A DNA stretch of 54,445 nucleotides from a virus (IMGVR_UViG_3300011116_000620:1-54445), one strand, 5' to 3'. Shown: positions 44,499 to 53,330, numbered from the stretch's first letter. Notes: generated by a model not told the origin, from the sequence alone. Translations and numbers: made by a program.

Positions 44499-46345
44499 CC
44501 AGCAAAGTATTCTGTCACTTTATGCTCCAAAGCTTTTTCTGTTTCGAGCAACTTAATTTTTCTGCCTTTTGTCTGTGACTTAACGGCAAGATCAGCGTTG
44601 CTTTTTGTGTAGGTGTCTGTTTCCTCATTGTCCATGCTTCCACGAAGTCTTGCTGGAACTCCACAACCTGTGCAAAAATGCTTGATTTGACCGCTGAAAT
44701 CCTTGATTGGTTTTTTCCACCATCCATCCACAACTGGATATCCGTTGTCGGTTCCCCTAGCCAAATCAAACGATGCGGCCACTTCGCAAAAATATGCCCG
44801 AAGCTCGCCCTTGTTTTGCACTATGGATGCCGACCATTCCCTGTTCACATCGCAACCAGCTATTTTTTCCCACATCTCTTTTTCTGGGTATAAGTCTTTT
44901 ACGGCAGTCAAAAGCGGGGCATGATGAGAATTTCCAACATAAAATCCTCCGTTAAAACCTCTTTTATTTACCATTACATCGTGAAGATCCTTCAGCTTGT
45001 CGTTTGCCCTTTCTTCATTATGAGGGTTAAGATTCAACGCTCCAAATGTCTTTTCGATTACTTCACGATGCTTGAAGTAATTGTTTGTCCACAATCCACG
45101 CTGAAATTGATTTGGTATTTCTTCCCTAAAAATCTGGCATAGCTCCTCAAACTTTGTATGAACACATGGATTTCCACCAATCATGGCGATGATGCCCTTG
45201 TAATCCTTTAGGCTTTTTAATGCCAACCTAAAGTTTTCTGGGGTCATTTCCCAAAGTGCGTCTTGGTTCTTCAGCAATCTTGTGCAGTTTGAACAAGCCA
45301 GATCGCATTTATTTGTCACGTCCACGCAAATAATGTGCATATTTTCTGGCCCACGCATTTTCCCAATCGCAATATCGGCATAAGACTGGCTCTCAAGATT
45401 CTCTGCTACTTTTTCCATAATGAAATCCTTTTCAAATATATGTCTGTCTTTTATTATGTTTTTCTGCTTTTCTGATATTTCATCAATGGATAGACGATGG
45501 ATGAAGTCAGTCAAGCCAAACAAATGCCTCTCCTCGGCAACATAACAATACTTATTCCAGTCAATTTTATTTCCAAATGGAAGCACATAATCATCGGAAA
45601 GCAATATGGGTATTGATCCGTTCAGCAGTGCCTCAACAAATCGGAAAGACCACCTTCCATATCCAGCAGGACACAGGGTGAATACCGATCTAGCCATAAG
45701 ATCGTGATAGGTGATTTCACCAAGCTTTTCCCTGACTTCATGCGGAGATCCAACAACAATTTTATCTCCTTCAAATCTGTTTTTGAACTCCAGCAGTCTG
45801 CCTCCACGGATATGCTCCTGTGGAAGATGAAGCTGAGTCATGCTTCCCATAAATGACAGCAGAATGTCTCTGTCGGCATTTTGTTTTTTTAATGGCTGAA
45901 CTTGATATGGAAGAATTGCTATGTCCTGACTGTGCAGGGTGGGCAAAGACTCAAGTGCTATCAGGATAAATCTGTCATCAAGCCATTTGTATTTTTTATC
46001 ATAAGCCCGAAACGGATTTGCCTCATGCGTCATTTCATGCTTTGATTCTGCCCTTTGACCAACATCACCAGTGGAAACTAAAATATGATTGCCCTTGTGC
46101 AGATAGGCACAATGATTTATGGCAAGCTCTGGATCTACATTTGCAAACTGTAACCCAGCCATAAAAAGAGGAACAAAAAAGAAGTTTGCCTCCTCTGGAT
46201 TTTGGGTTTCGTATTTTTTGAAAAAATTATAAAAATCAATCAAATATTGAAGATGCGGATGGAGTCTATTTAACTCGGCATAAAAAAGGTTTTTTTGCCA
46301 TATTTCATTCGACAATATAAGATCATGATAGATAAAAATTTTCAT
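44495..46345 (-). CDS. Exostosin (GT47) glycosyltransferase fused to a radical SAM domain
   Basis: PEEANFFFVP, SVFTLCPAG.G.WS.RFVEAL..GSIP..LSD..LPF..IDW; then VTNKCDLACSNC, GGNP, late CEVA and CTGC. Confidence 0.8.
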   Translation of the reverse strand: MKIFIYHDLILSNEIWQKNLFYAELNRLHPHLQYLIDFYNFFKKYETQNPEEANFFFVPLFMAGLQFANVDPELAINHCAYLHKGNHILVSTGDVGQRAESKHEMTHEANPFRAYDKKYKWLDDRFILIALESLPTLHSQDIAILPYQVQPLKKQNADRDILLSFMGSMTQLHLPQEHIRGGRLLEFKNRFEGDKIVVGSPHEVREKLGEITYHDLMARSVFTLCPAGYGRWSFRFVEALLNGSIPILLSDDYVLPFGNKIDWNKYCYVAEERHLFGLTDFIHRLSIDEISEKQKNIIKDRHIFEKDFIMEKVAENLESQSYADIAIGKMRGPENMHIICVDVTNKCDLACSNCTRLLKNQDALWEMTPENFRLALKSLKDYKGIIAMIGGNPCVHTKFEELCQIFREEIPNQFQRGLWTNNYFKHREVIEKTFGALNLNPHNEERANDKLKDLHDVMVNKRGFNGGFYVGNSHHAPLLTAVKDLYPEKEMWEKIAGCDVNREWSASIVQNKGELRAYFCEVAASFDLARGTDNGYPVVDGWWKKPIKDFSGQIKHFCTGCGVPARLRGSMDNEETDTYTKSNADLAVKSQTKGRKIKLLETEKALEHKVTEYFAG

Positions 46346-46890
46346 TTAATCTTTAGCCAGCAGTCTCTAATAATTTTGGGTGAAATAATAAGTTCATCCA
46401 CGGCTTGAATTACCCCATCGTGCATAGGAATGTAATCATGCCCAGCCAATATTCCCCCATGCTTTACTTTTGGCATCCAAGCAAGAATATCTGCTTTGAC
46501 GGATTCATACCTATGATCTGCGTCTATAAACACTGCATCCAAAGACTCGTTTTTATACATCTTTGAAGCTGAAACGCTGTCCGTTCTGATGGGATTTATC
46601 AAATTTATCAATGGCCGAAGATTATCTATAAATGTTCCAAAAAGAGAATTTTCCAATATATCGCTCATACCCTTGTGTTCCTCGGAGCCAGCCCAAGTAT
46701 CGACCACATCAATTCTCATTTTTTTGTGTTGTGCCTCCACGGCAAGATAGGATGTGCTTGCTCCCTTCCACGCCCCAACCTCAACAATATGACCGCCTTC
46801 TGGAATATGATCGATTATTTGTTGATACACATTTTGGTAATTAAACCATTTTTCGCCAAATTTTTCATTTCTCCAGAAGTGTTGTATCAC
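46342..46890 (-). CDS. Class I SAM methyltransferase (Methyltransf_24-like)
   Basis: VEVGAWKGAST, VDTW.GS, FIDADH.Y..V..D, GGILAGHDY. Confidence 0.85.
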   Translation of the reverse strand: MIQHFWRNEKFGEKWFNYQNVYQQIIDHIPEGGHIVEVGAWKGASTSYLAVEAQHKKMRIDVVDTWAGSEEHKGMSDILENSLFGTFIDNLRPLINLINPIRTDSVSASKMYKNESLDAVFIDADHRYESVKADILAWMPKVKHGGILAGHDYIPMHDGVIQAVDELIISPKIIRDCWLKIK

Positions 46891-48563
46891 TTATTGCGTT
46901 CCTCAAAAATCTTTTTTCCAGTCTCGTAGTTTGCCATTGAATTGTGAGTTCTAAAGACGGCATCTTTTTCTGCTCCAGTGAAAAAGGGATTTTGATGATT
47001 AAAAATCAGATCCTTTGCCTGTATTTGAATATCCTTTGTTCTAAGGGTAAATTCGTTGTCTCCGTAGATACCAGAAGATTGGGCATATTCTGGTGCGTAA
47101 AAGTGTCCCCCAAGATATTCGAGGGTTGGTTTGGTCATTATGCCAATGCAAAGCAGGTCATCCACCCTATGCCCATCCGAGACGGCAAGAACCGCTGGCT
47201 TGGTTGGATCTGGAAGTCTTTTGCGAATTTCATTGTCCCAGCCAACAGGAGGAACAAAATCATCTGATAGCTGAACAAGATACTTACCCTTTGCCTGCCT
47301 CATTGTTTCATTCCAAGCCCCAACGCATTTTCCATTTGGAACTATTACTTTTTCATATCCCCTGTATTTGTCATCATCAACATCGACCCCAAGAAGATGT
47401 TGAATTTTGTTTGGCTGGCTTGCCATTGAATACCATGCCCATCTTGCTTGCCAGAATTTTTCTGGACGTGCCGTGGCATGGCATAAGGTGATATCAATTT
47501 CACCAAAGTTTTTTAACTTATCCTGCTCAAGAAATTTCACCAGATCATTCATGCCCAATGCTCTGGCACACCGCATATAAAGGTCTGGAGCCTCAAAATC
47601 ATAGATGTGCTTTTTGGTAGTCCAATAAGTGACTTGTGGAAATGGAATCGAACAGGCCGATCTGGCAATAGACAATGCCTCGACATAATGTTTTCGGTTA
47701 AAATAATCCTCCGCAATATAAAACAAAGCCTCTATCCTTTGTGGCTGTAGGGCATATGCCTTAAAAAGCTCTTCCCTTTTTGCAACTGGGTCTTCAAGGC
47801 ATCTTCCGATAATTGTATGACATTGAACCCTTAAAATAATATCCAGCTTTGGATCGGCGATTGCCATTTTCGCCCAAGTAATCGCCTCGTTGTACTTTCC
47901 TGACAAAAAGTATTCTTCTGCCTTGTAAAATTCGTAAAGCCAAGATTCATTTGTTGCTTGATCCAGTATCATGTGATTGCGTTCAACACTTGATTTTTTA
48001 TGCCCGATTGGGGCATGAACAATCAGACCTCCGTGGGTTCCGATTGCCTTTGCATCTCCGTGAATAGGCTTTAGCTGTTCGTGAACCGCATACTTCCATT
48101 TGAATTTTCCCTTGCGGGTTATTCTTTCACGAACTGGACATAGGCCAGCCGCAGGAACTTCGTATCCAGCAAATATGCAATCGTGATCCGTGATCTTTGC
48201 CCCAATCTCAAAAAACACCCTTTCGGCTCCTTCAACCAAAAGGTCATCTGCATCAAACCACATGGCAAACTCGCTTGTACAGGCATTTAAAGCGCAATTT
48301 CGGGCATTTGCAAAGCTATCCAAATAATCCCACCCTAATGCCTCGTCAGCATTCCTATAGACAACAACCTTCGCTCCATGCTTTTTGGCTATTTCCTCAA
48401 GAATCGGCAGTCCTTCGTCCGTATGCTTTCCCATGGCCGAACAAAGCACAATTTCGTCTGGCTTCAGTTTTTTAAATGATTCCAAAGCCCTAGCAATATA
48501 TTTTGAGGCGCACTCTCTGGAAACAATGGCGTAAAGTGAAAAGGTGAAGGGGAATCTGTCCAT
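46887..48563 (-). CDS. Double glycosyltransferase (GT2-TPR-GT2)
   Basis: SFANARN..WFDADD..W...VHE; TPR-like middle; LSDDF..P..WD..GDNEFT. Confidence 0.8.
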   Translation of the reverse strand: MDRFPFTFSLYAIVSRECASKYIARALESFKKLKPDEIVLCSAMGKHTDEGLPILEEIAKKHGAKVVVYRNADEALGWDYLDSFANARNCALNACTSEFAMWFDADDLLVEGAERVFFEIGAKITDHDCIFAGYEVPAAGLCPVRERITRKGKFKWKYAVHEQLKPIHGDAKAIGTHGGLIVHAPIGHKKSSVERNHMILDQATNESWLYEFYKAEEYFLSGKYNEAITWAKMAIADPKLDIILRVQCHTIIGRCLEDPVAKREELFKAYALQPQRIEALFYIAEDYFNRKHYVEALSIARSACSIPFPQVTYWTTKKHIYDFEAPDLYMRCARALGMNDLVKFLEQDKLKNFGEIDITLCHATARPEKFWQARWAWYSMASQPNKIQHLLGVDVDDDKYRGYEKVIVPNGKCVGAWNETMRQAKGKYLVQLSDDFVPPVGWDNEIRKRLPDPTKPAVLAVSDGHRVDDLLCIGIMTKPTLEYLGGHFYAPEYAQSSGIYGDNEFTLRTKDIQIQAKDLIFNHQNPFFTGAEKDAVFRTHNSMANYETGKKIFEERNK

Positions 48564-48605
48564 TTATTTAAACTGGGAATCTGCTTTTATTTTGCAAGCA
48601 TTATT

Positions 48606-48752
48606 TCAATATTCCATCATCTCCCAAGCCCCCATCGTTGGTTTGTCCTCATATTTGCTTGGTATTGTATAGGGATCTTGCTTTTCTTGTTCAGAGCACG
48701 AGGAAATAATAATCACTATGAATAAAAAGAAAAGGGGGGACAAGACTTTCAT
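48606..48752 (-). CDS. Small lipoprotein
   Basis: Signal peptide ending in ISSC. Confidence 0.45.
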   Translation of the reverse strand: MKVLSPLFFLFIVIIISSCSEQEKQDPYTIPSKYEDKPTMGAWEMMEY

Positions 48753-48765
48753 CTTATCCCCCCTT
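48725..48765 (-). terminator. Intrinsic terminator after the major capsid gene
   Basis: AAGGGGGGA..TCCCCCCTT hairpin followed by a U-tract on the minus strand. Confidence 0.7.
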
Positions 48766-48794
48766 CTCCAGAGGAACACAGAACCAACCAAGAA

Positions 48795-49757
48795 TTACGA
48801 AGCGGAGTAGTTAGTCGTGATCAATTCAACAGCCGTGCTGTCGATGACCTTAACCACACGATTCGAGCGAACACGCAGGATGTTGCTACGCCGTCCTTCG
48901 TCCCGATAGCTTTCGGCAACGAAGGGAGCAGAAGCATCCTCGCTCCACACAATCGTGCGACCCACGCCACCAGAGGCAAAATCGCCACCAGCAACATATC
49001 CAACCGCCACATAAGTCGTGGGGAGGATGAACGCACCGCTGAAGGTCTGACCTTTAGCCGCACTGTTCTTAGCCGCTTTACCAACAAGAACCTTCTCAAC
49101 GCCAGCCGCTTGAGCAATCTCGACTTCCGACAACAGACGGCGGGAGTCAGTCGCAACCACACCAAAGAACTGATTCTGGGTGAGGGGGCTACGGCGAACA
49201 AGGTCAAACACCTCTTGGTTCATGATCACGCAGTTGGCGATCACGCCCTTTTTGAGCAACCGCTGTTTAGCGGCGGCCACGTCAGCCACGAAGTTCAGCG
49301 TGGAGAGGGAGCTAACGGTGTAATTAACCAGAGGGTTAGTGGCAGTGAAGGTGCTGGAATCGAACAAAGTCGCAGCAACTTCAGCCTCATGACCGATCTG
49401 AATGTTGCGGAGAAGGATCTTCGCAGTCTCAGTCTCCAATCCGAAGAAACGAGACACATCAGAGGCCAAGGCATCCGGCACAACTTCCTCAAGCCCGAAC
49501 TCAACGCAAGTGAAATTATCATTATCAAATGCTCTGGACGAGCGTGGATACGCAGAACCGGGGGCTACCTTCGAAGCATCGCTGTTCAGAAGTTCAGCGT
49601 TGCCAAGCTGGAGCTTGAGGTACTGCCCCGCACGAACAGGGCTGTTGTAGATGGGGAACACATCGGTTCCGATGAATCCTTGATCCATCTGTGCCCCTTG
49701 GATGAGGGCGGTGGTGATATCGCCACGCAGAGTGGCGTTGCTAGTTAGGTAAGACAT
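48795..49757 (-). CDS. Major capsid protein (lambda gpE-like)
   Basis: 320 aa after the decoration gene; FIG..VFP, RNI..GHE; GC-richer codon usage. Confidence 0.85.
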   Translation of the reverse strand: MSYLTSNATLRGDITTALIQGAQMDQGFIGTDVFPIYNSPVRAGQYLKLQLGNAELLNSDASKVAPGSAYPRSSRAFDNDNFTCVEFGLEEVVPDALASDVSRFFGLETETAKILLRNIQIGHEAEVAATLFDSSTFTATNPLVNYTVSSLSTLNFVADVAAAKQRLLKKGVIANCVIMNQEVFDLVRRSPLTQNQFFGVVATDSRRLLSEVEIAQAAGVEKVLVGKAAKNSAAKGQTFSGAFILPTTYVAVGYVAGGDFASGGVGRTIVWSEDASAPFVAESYRDEGRRSNILRVRSNRVVKVIDSTAVELITTNYSAS

Positions 49758-49775
49758 TTTTTTATTTTCCTTTCT

Positions 49776-50123
49776 TTATCGGTTGATGAACACTTCGATG
49801 ACATCACCAGTAACGCCTTGGTTACGAGCGACACCAAGAACAACCGTGCCAGCAGTGCTGGAACGGCCATTTGCACCGACATAAAGAGTGTCGGAAGCCG
49901 AAACAGTGGTTCCACCAAAAATGGTGAAGTTGGAGGGGTTCCAGAGCTTAACCAAGCCCACCGAACCGCTAACCACGTCCTGTTGCAGAACGCCGATAGA
50001 TTTTCCAGCAGTGGCGCAAGCCTGTGCCGTATTATCGGTTGAAGTCATGCTGACGATGCTATTCGCCGTCACCGTGGAGGCGAAAAGCAACGAAGCAAAT
50101 CCAGAATCTAATTGAGTTGCCAT
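49776..50123 (-). CDS. Capsid decoration/cement protein
   Basis: IGV.QQD..G; LY.GANG; GVA..G..GDVIEV. Confidence 0.75.
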   Translation of the reverse strand: MATQLDSGFASLLFASTVTANSIVSMTSTDNTAQACATAGKSIGVLQQDVVSGSVGLVKLWNPSNFTIFGGTTVSASDTLYVGANGRSSTAGTVVLGVARNQGVTGDVIEVFINR

Positions 50124-50141
50124 AGTTTGTTACCTTTCTAT

Positions 50142-50603
50142 TTAGAAGCTTTTGAAGCCACCAGCGGAAAGCTCTTTCCGATATTGTTCAGTGTATTTAC
50201 CAATGCAAAGACGAAGAGCTTCGCCCTTGGAGATGTTATTTTGTTTCATCTCAAAATTTACCAGTTCCGCAAAAGTCTGTGGCTTTTTCTCTTCAACAGC
50301 GGGAGCCGAAGGAGCAATAGGAGCCGAAACCATTTTGGAAAGTTCCGTCTTGATTTCATTCAAAACGCCAGAAAGCTCGGTCTTGGATTCATCGTTAGCC
50401 GACATTTCCTTGGCGGGAATGGTTGGCTTGGACTCATCCTTGGCGGCGATGTTTTCTGGAGTGTTTTCGACCACATCAACAGGAGTCAGTTTAGCTTCCA
50501 AAGCCGAAAGGCGGGTAGCGAACTCTGCCATCTGTTTGCCGAGGTCTTCCATGTTATAAGAAGGAGTTTCCTTCTTGTCGGCAGTATCAGCAGTATTTTC
50601 CAT
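50142..50603 (-). CDS. Probable nested in-frame scaffold protein (MENTADTAD...)
   Basis: TTGACA-N17-ATG motif at an internal Met just after the protease domain. Confidence 0.6.
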   Translation of the reverse strand: MENTADTADKKETPSYNMEDLGKQMAEFATRLSALEAKLTPVDVVENTPENIAAKDESKPTIPAKEMSANDESKTELSGVLNEIKTELSKMVSAPIAPSAPAVEEKKPQTFAELVNFEMKQNNISKGEALRLCIGKYTEQYRKELSAGGFKSF

Positions 50604-51587
50604 ATTACACAAATTAGTCTTGTCAACTACTACACAACCAGAATCGGCAGAAAAAAGCCCTTGGGGATTCGCCGCTGGATGCTGAACCAGATCGGCAGAA
50701 TACAATTCTGCACACCTAGCAAGATCAAAATTTGATCCGTTTATCTCTGAATCACCGCTGAATGAAATCGAAATCCCAAACGCATCTGGGATCTCGGAGG
50801 CAAGATCCATGTAATATTTTGCACGATCTTGGCGACTCTTGAGAAAAGTAAGATCAGCTAACAGCTTGTTCCCGCTTTCATCAATTCTGAAGTTGGTGAG
50901 TTTGCCGATAATATCAGCAATACCAGCACCATGATTTTCATTCACCTTAACACCACCCTTGAATTGCTCGGCGCATTTCTTAACCTGCTCAAGCGTGGTT
51001 TTATCAATTTCAAGGCGATGGCCTTTAGCCATGCCAGTAGTAAGAACCGAAACACCTTTAATAGTCATATCACCGCCTTCTTCATAGTTGTATTTCTTTT
51101 TTCCCTGACCTTGAATCACGGCCTCTGGGATACTGCCTCTTGGCGCACCGCCAGTTCCAGCTTCACCCCCGCCAGTCGCATAAGCCATTTCCTCTTCATC
51201 TTCAGAGGTGGATTCACCGATTGCTGGCTCGATATCCGTTGAATCACTGCCAGATTCGGAAACGCTGTCCATTTCCTCATTGTCGTAAATTTCAGAAGCA
51301 ATCTCGGCACGATCAGAAGCCTCTGGGAACAATTCCATCATGGCTTCATCAGCCACAAACCTACCCAGAAATTCAGCAAAAGTTTCGTCTGGGTTAGGAG
51401 TCAGAATGCCAGAATCGGACTCAAGATTAGACTTTTTTTGCTTCTTTTTGGTATCACGAAAGATACTAGCCCCGACTGCATAACGCTGTTTATTGTCTTT
51501 GTAATCCTTTACAGCGGTAGGGTTTCCCATGAACTTTTTCATAAAATCGGCAAGTTTCTCGCCTTTTTTGGGTGTAGGTAGGGGCAT
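50142..51587 (-). CDS. Prohead protease-scaffold fusion
   Basis: GVSVLT.G.AKGH, NH..G..IIG, FGISISF, SADLV.HPAANP; coiled-coil C-terminus. Confidence 0.85.
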   Translation of the reverse strand: MPLPTPKKGEKLADFMKKFMGNPTAVKDYKDNKQRYAVGASIFRDTKKKQKKSNLESDSGILTPNPDETFAEFLGRFVADEAMMELFPEASDRAEIASEIYDNEEMDSVSESGSDSTDIEPAIGESTSEDEEEMAYATGGGEAGTGGAPRGSIPEAVIQGQGKKKYNYEEGGDMTIKGVSVLTTGMAKGHRLEIDKTTLEQVKKCAEQFKGGVKVNENHGAGIADIIGKLTNFRIDESGNKLLADLTFLKSRQDRAKYYMDLASEIPDAFGISISFSGDSEINGSNFDLARCAELYSADLVQHPAANPQGLFSADSGCVVVDKTNLCNMENTADTADKKETPSYNMEDLGKQMAEFATRLSALEAKLTPVDVVENTPENIAAKDESKPTIPAKEMSANDESKTELSGVLNEIKTELSKMVSAPIAPSAPAVEEKKPQTFAELVNFEMKQNNISKGEALRLCIGKYTEQYRKELSAGGFKSF

Positions 51588-51601
51588 ACCCAATTTAAAA
51601 G

Positions 51602-51632
51602 TGTCAACTACTATATGTGTAGTATCTTGACA
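51602..51632. promoter_or_regulatory. Back-to-back TTGACA motifs, each 14 nt before an ATG
   Basis: TGTCAA at 51602-51607 and TTGACA at 51627-51632. Confidence 0.65.
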
Positions 51633-51646
51633 GGTTGCGGTTTATG

Positions 51647-52393
51647 ATGCCTCTTTCAATTAATCACCTGCTTTCCTTGGATTGGAAGTCATGGTCAGCT
51701 AGGAATACGCCAGTTGATGCAATTCCTGTAAGTATCTTTGCTTATTCGGATTCAGTCACAACTGTTAATCGCACCCTATGGGATGGGCTACCAAGTACAT
51801 TTACTCTGCCGTCAACAGGAACCACAATGTCGATTGGAACAACGGCTGTTACGGCTGATAGTGGAGCAAAAGTTCAAATAAGCGGATTGGACGATAACTG
51901 GAACGCAATTACTGAAATTGTAACTTTGGATGGTTTGACTCCAGTAGTGACTACAAATTCATTTATTCGAATAAACGGCATGGCGATGACTGCCCCAGCA
52001 ACAGGGCATACTTCAAATGTTGGCATTATTACTGCAAAACATAATTCTTCAACATTATCGCAAATCAATCCATCTGTCGGAAGAACACAGGCTGGTATCT
52101 ATACGGTTCCAAGCGGATATACTTTGTTTGTTTATTCGGTTGATGCCTACAGCGGAGATGCCGCCGCAAACTCAAAGTACACTACTTTTAATGTTAGAGT
52201 AACTCCAAACGCATCTTCAACCCCAGTAACATTTGATCTTCTTCAAACCACATTCCTAGATCGTTTTAGCGTTCAAAGGCTTGTTCCGCAGATTCAACTG
52301 CAAAAAACAGATATTCAATGGCAGTTTGCAGTAAGCCAAGGAACGCAGTCATGTTCCCTTATTGTACAAGGAATGCTTTTGGCAAATCCCTAG
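51647..52393 (+). CDS. Beta-rich protein, probably virion-associated
   Basis: GAKVQISGLD.NW..I.E..TL.G; FIRIN; YTVP.GY. Confidence 0.6.
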   Translation: MPLSINHLLSLDWKSWSARNTPVDAIPVSIFAYSDSVTTVNRTLWDGLPSTFTLPSTGTTMSIGTTAVTADSGAKVQISGLDDNWNAITEIVTLDGLTPVVTTNSFIRINGMAMTAPATGHTSNVGIITAKHNSSTLSQINPSVGRTQAGIYTVPSGYTLFVYSVDAYSGDAAANSKYTTFNVRVTPNASSTPVTFDLLQTTFLDRFSVQRLVPQIQLQKTDIQWQFAVSQGTQSCSLIVQGMLLANP

Positions 52394-52481
52394 ATCAGTT
52401 TGAATATAAAGTGGAATACCAGCATATAAAAAAAGCTGGCTAGAATCCACCCAATGCAGATGTGTTTCAAATCTCGATAGT

Positions 52482-52700
52482 TCATTTTGCCTCCTCTGCT
52501 AACTGGATAAGCTTGTTCTCGATTCTGCTTTTTACTTGAATGATAGCACCATACTCCGTGTTCGACTCGACCCGATGAGGCCAGACTTGGCTCCCATCAC
52601 GACCAAGCAAAACCCAGATATCGTCATCCACTTCAACTGCCCTATCACACTTTAGGACAGCCTTGATGTCGTCTGGCAGGTTTATGGTGATCGTGTTCAT
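52482..52700 (-). CDS. Hypothetical protein
   Basis: ATGA-coupled ORF. Confidence 0.6.
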   Translation of the reverse strand: MNTITINLPDDIKAVLKCDRAVEVDDDIWVLLGRDGSQVWPHRVESNTEYGAIIQVKSRIENKLIQLAEEAK

Positions 52701-52873
52701 TTAAGTGTTTTCCCTTTTGACGGATGTTGATGGATGCGTGACTCGATTGCGTGAATCACATATCCGTTAATGGCATCGAAGAACTCCTTGGATACCCTAG
52801 TGAACTTTCCGTTCCTACGCTCCTTACTGATGGCAAGGGCATATTTTCGCACTCTGCTTTTATTGATTATCAG
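52697..52873 (-). CDS. Putative minimal histone-fold-like protein (58 aa, CTG start)
   Basis: AAGGAGG 6 nt before CTG; ATGA overlap at its stop; RVSKEFFDAIN and GKTLK motifs. Confidence 0.55.
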   Translation of the reverse strand: MIINKSRVRKYALAISKERRNGKFTRVSKEFFDAINGYVIHAIESRIHQHPSKGKTLK

Positions 52874-52893
52874 TGTGTACCTCCTTGTATAAT

Positions 52894-53115
52894 TTAACCG
52901 ATCTGTTGGTTTAAATCAGTGTTGTCCTGAAGATCCTTCAGAAAACAAATAAAATTGCGAATCAAAGATTTTTTAGCATAGATTTCGGATTGAATTTCAT
53001 TCGTCCAATTATTGTTTTTTTTGAATGCTCTTTCTTCGTGACAGAGCCGAAGATAAGCTCCACGATACCCGCTTAATCTTAAACTTACTTGTATGCTGGC
53101 ACTTTTTTTGTTCAT
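52894..53115 (-). CDS. Hypothetical protein
   Basis: AAGGA SD before ATG at 53115. Confidence 0.55.
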   Translation of the reverse strand: MNKKSASIQVSLRLSGYRGAYLRLCHEERAFKKNNNWTNEIQSEIYAKKSLIRNFICFLKDLQDNTDLNQQIG

Positions 53116-53134
53116 GGTTTGCGTCCTTTCTGGG

Positions 53135-53305
53135 TTACTGGGTTTCCTGTTCGAGCCATTCCAGTCTCTCCCGTTGCCAAGGCTCAAGCGTACTCTTGAA
53201 ACTGGAGATGATTGTGCGGAGTCGGATGATTTGGTCATTCGCCCGCTTCAAGTCTCCGAGGACTTGGATGTGGGGGTCTTTTTCTGGGTCGTATTGGTTG
53301 TTCAT
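53135..53305 (-). CDS. Hypothetical protein (56 aa, not in ORF track)
   Basis: AAGGA SD; behind a repeated promoter. Confidence 0.6.
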   Translation of the reverse strand: MNNQYDPEKDPHIQVLGDLKRANDQIIRLRTIISSFKSTLEPWQRERLEWLEQETQ

Positions 53306-53330
53306 TTCTTGGTTCCTTTCTTTGTTGGCC

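Noticed and set aside
49110-49748. 212-aa plus-strand ORF and the many other antisense ORFs in the track
   Set aside because: Shadows of well-supported minus-strand genes, with no start signals or recognisable motifs
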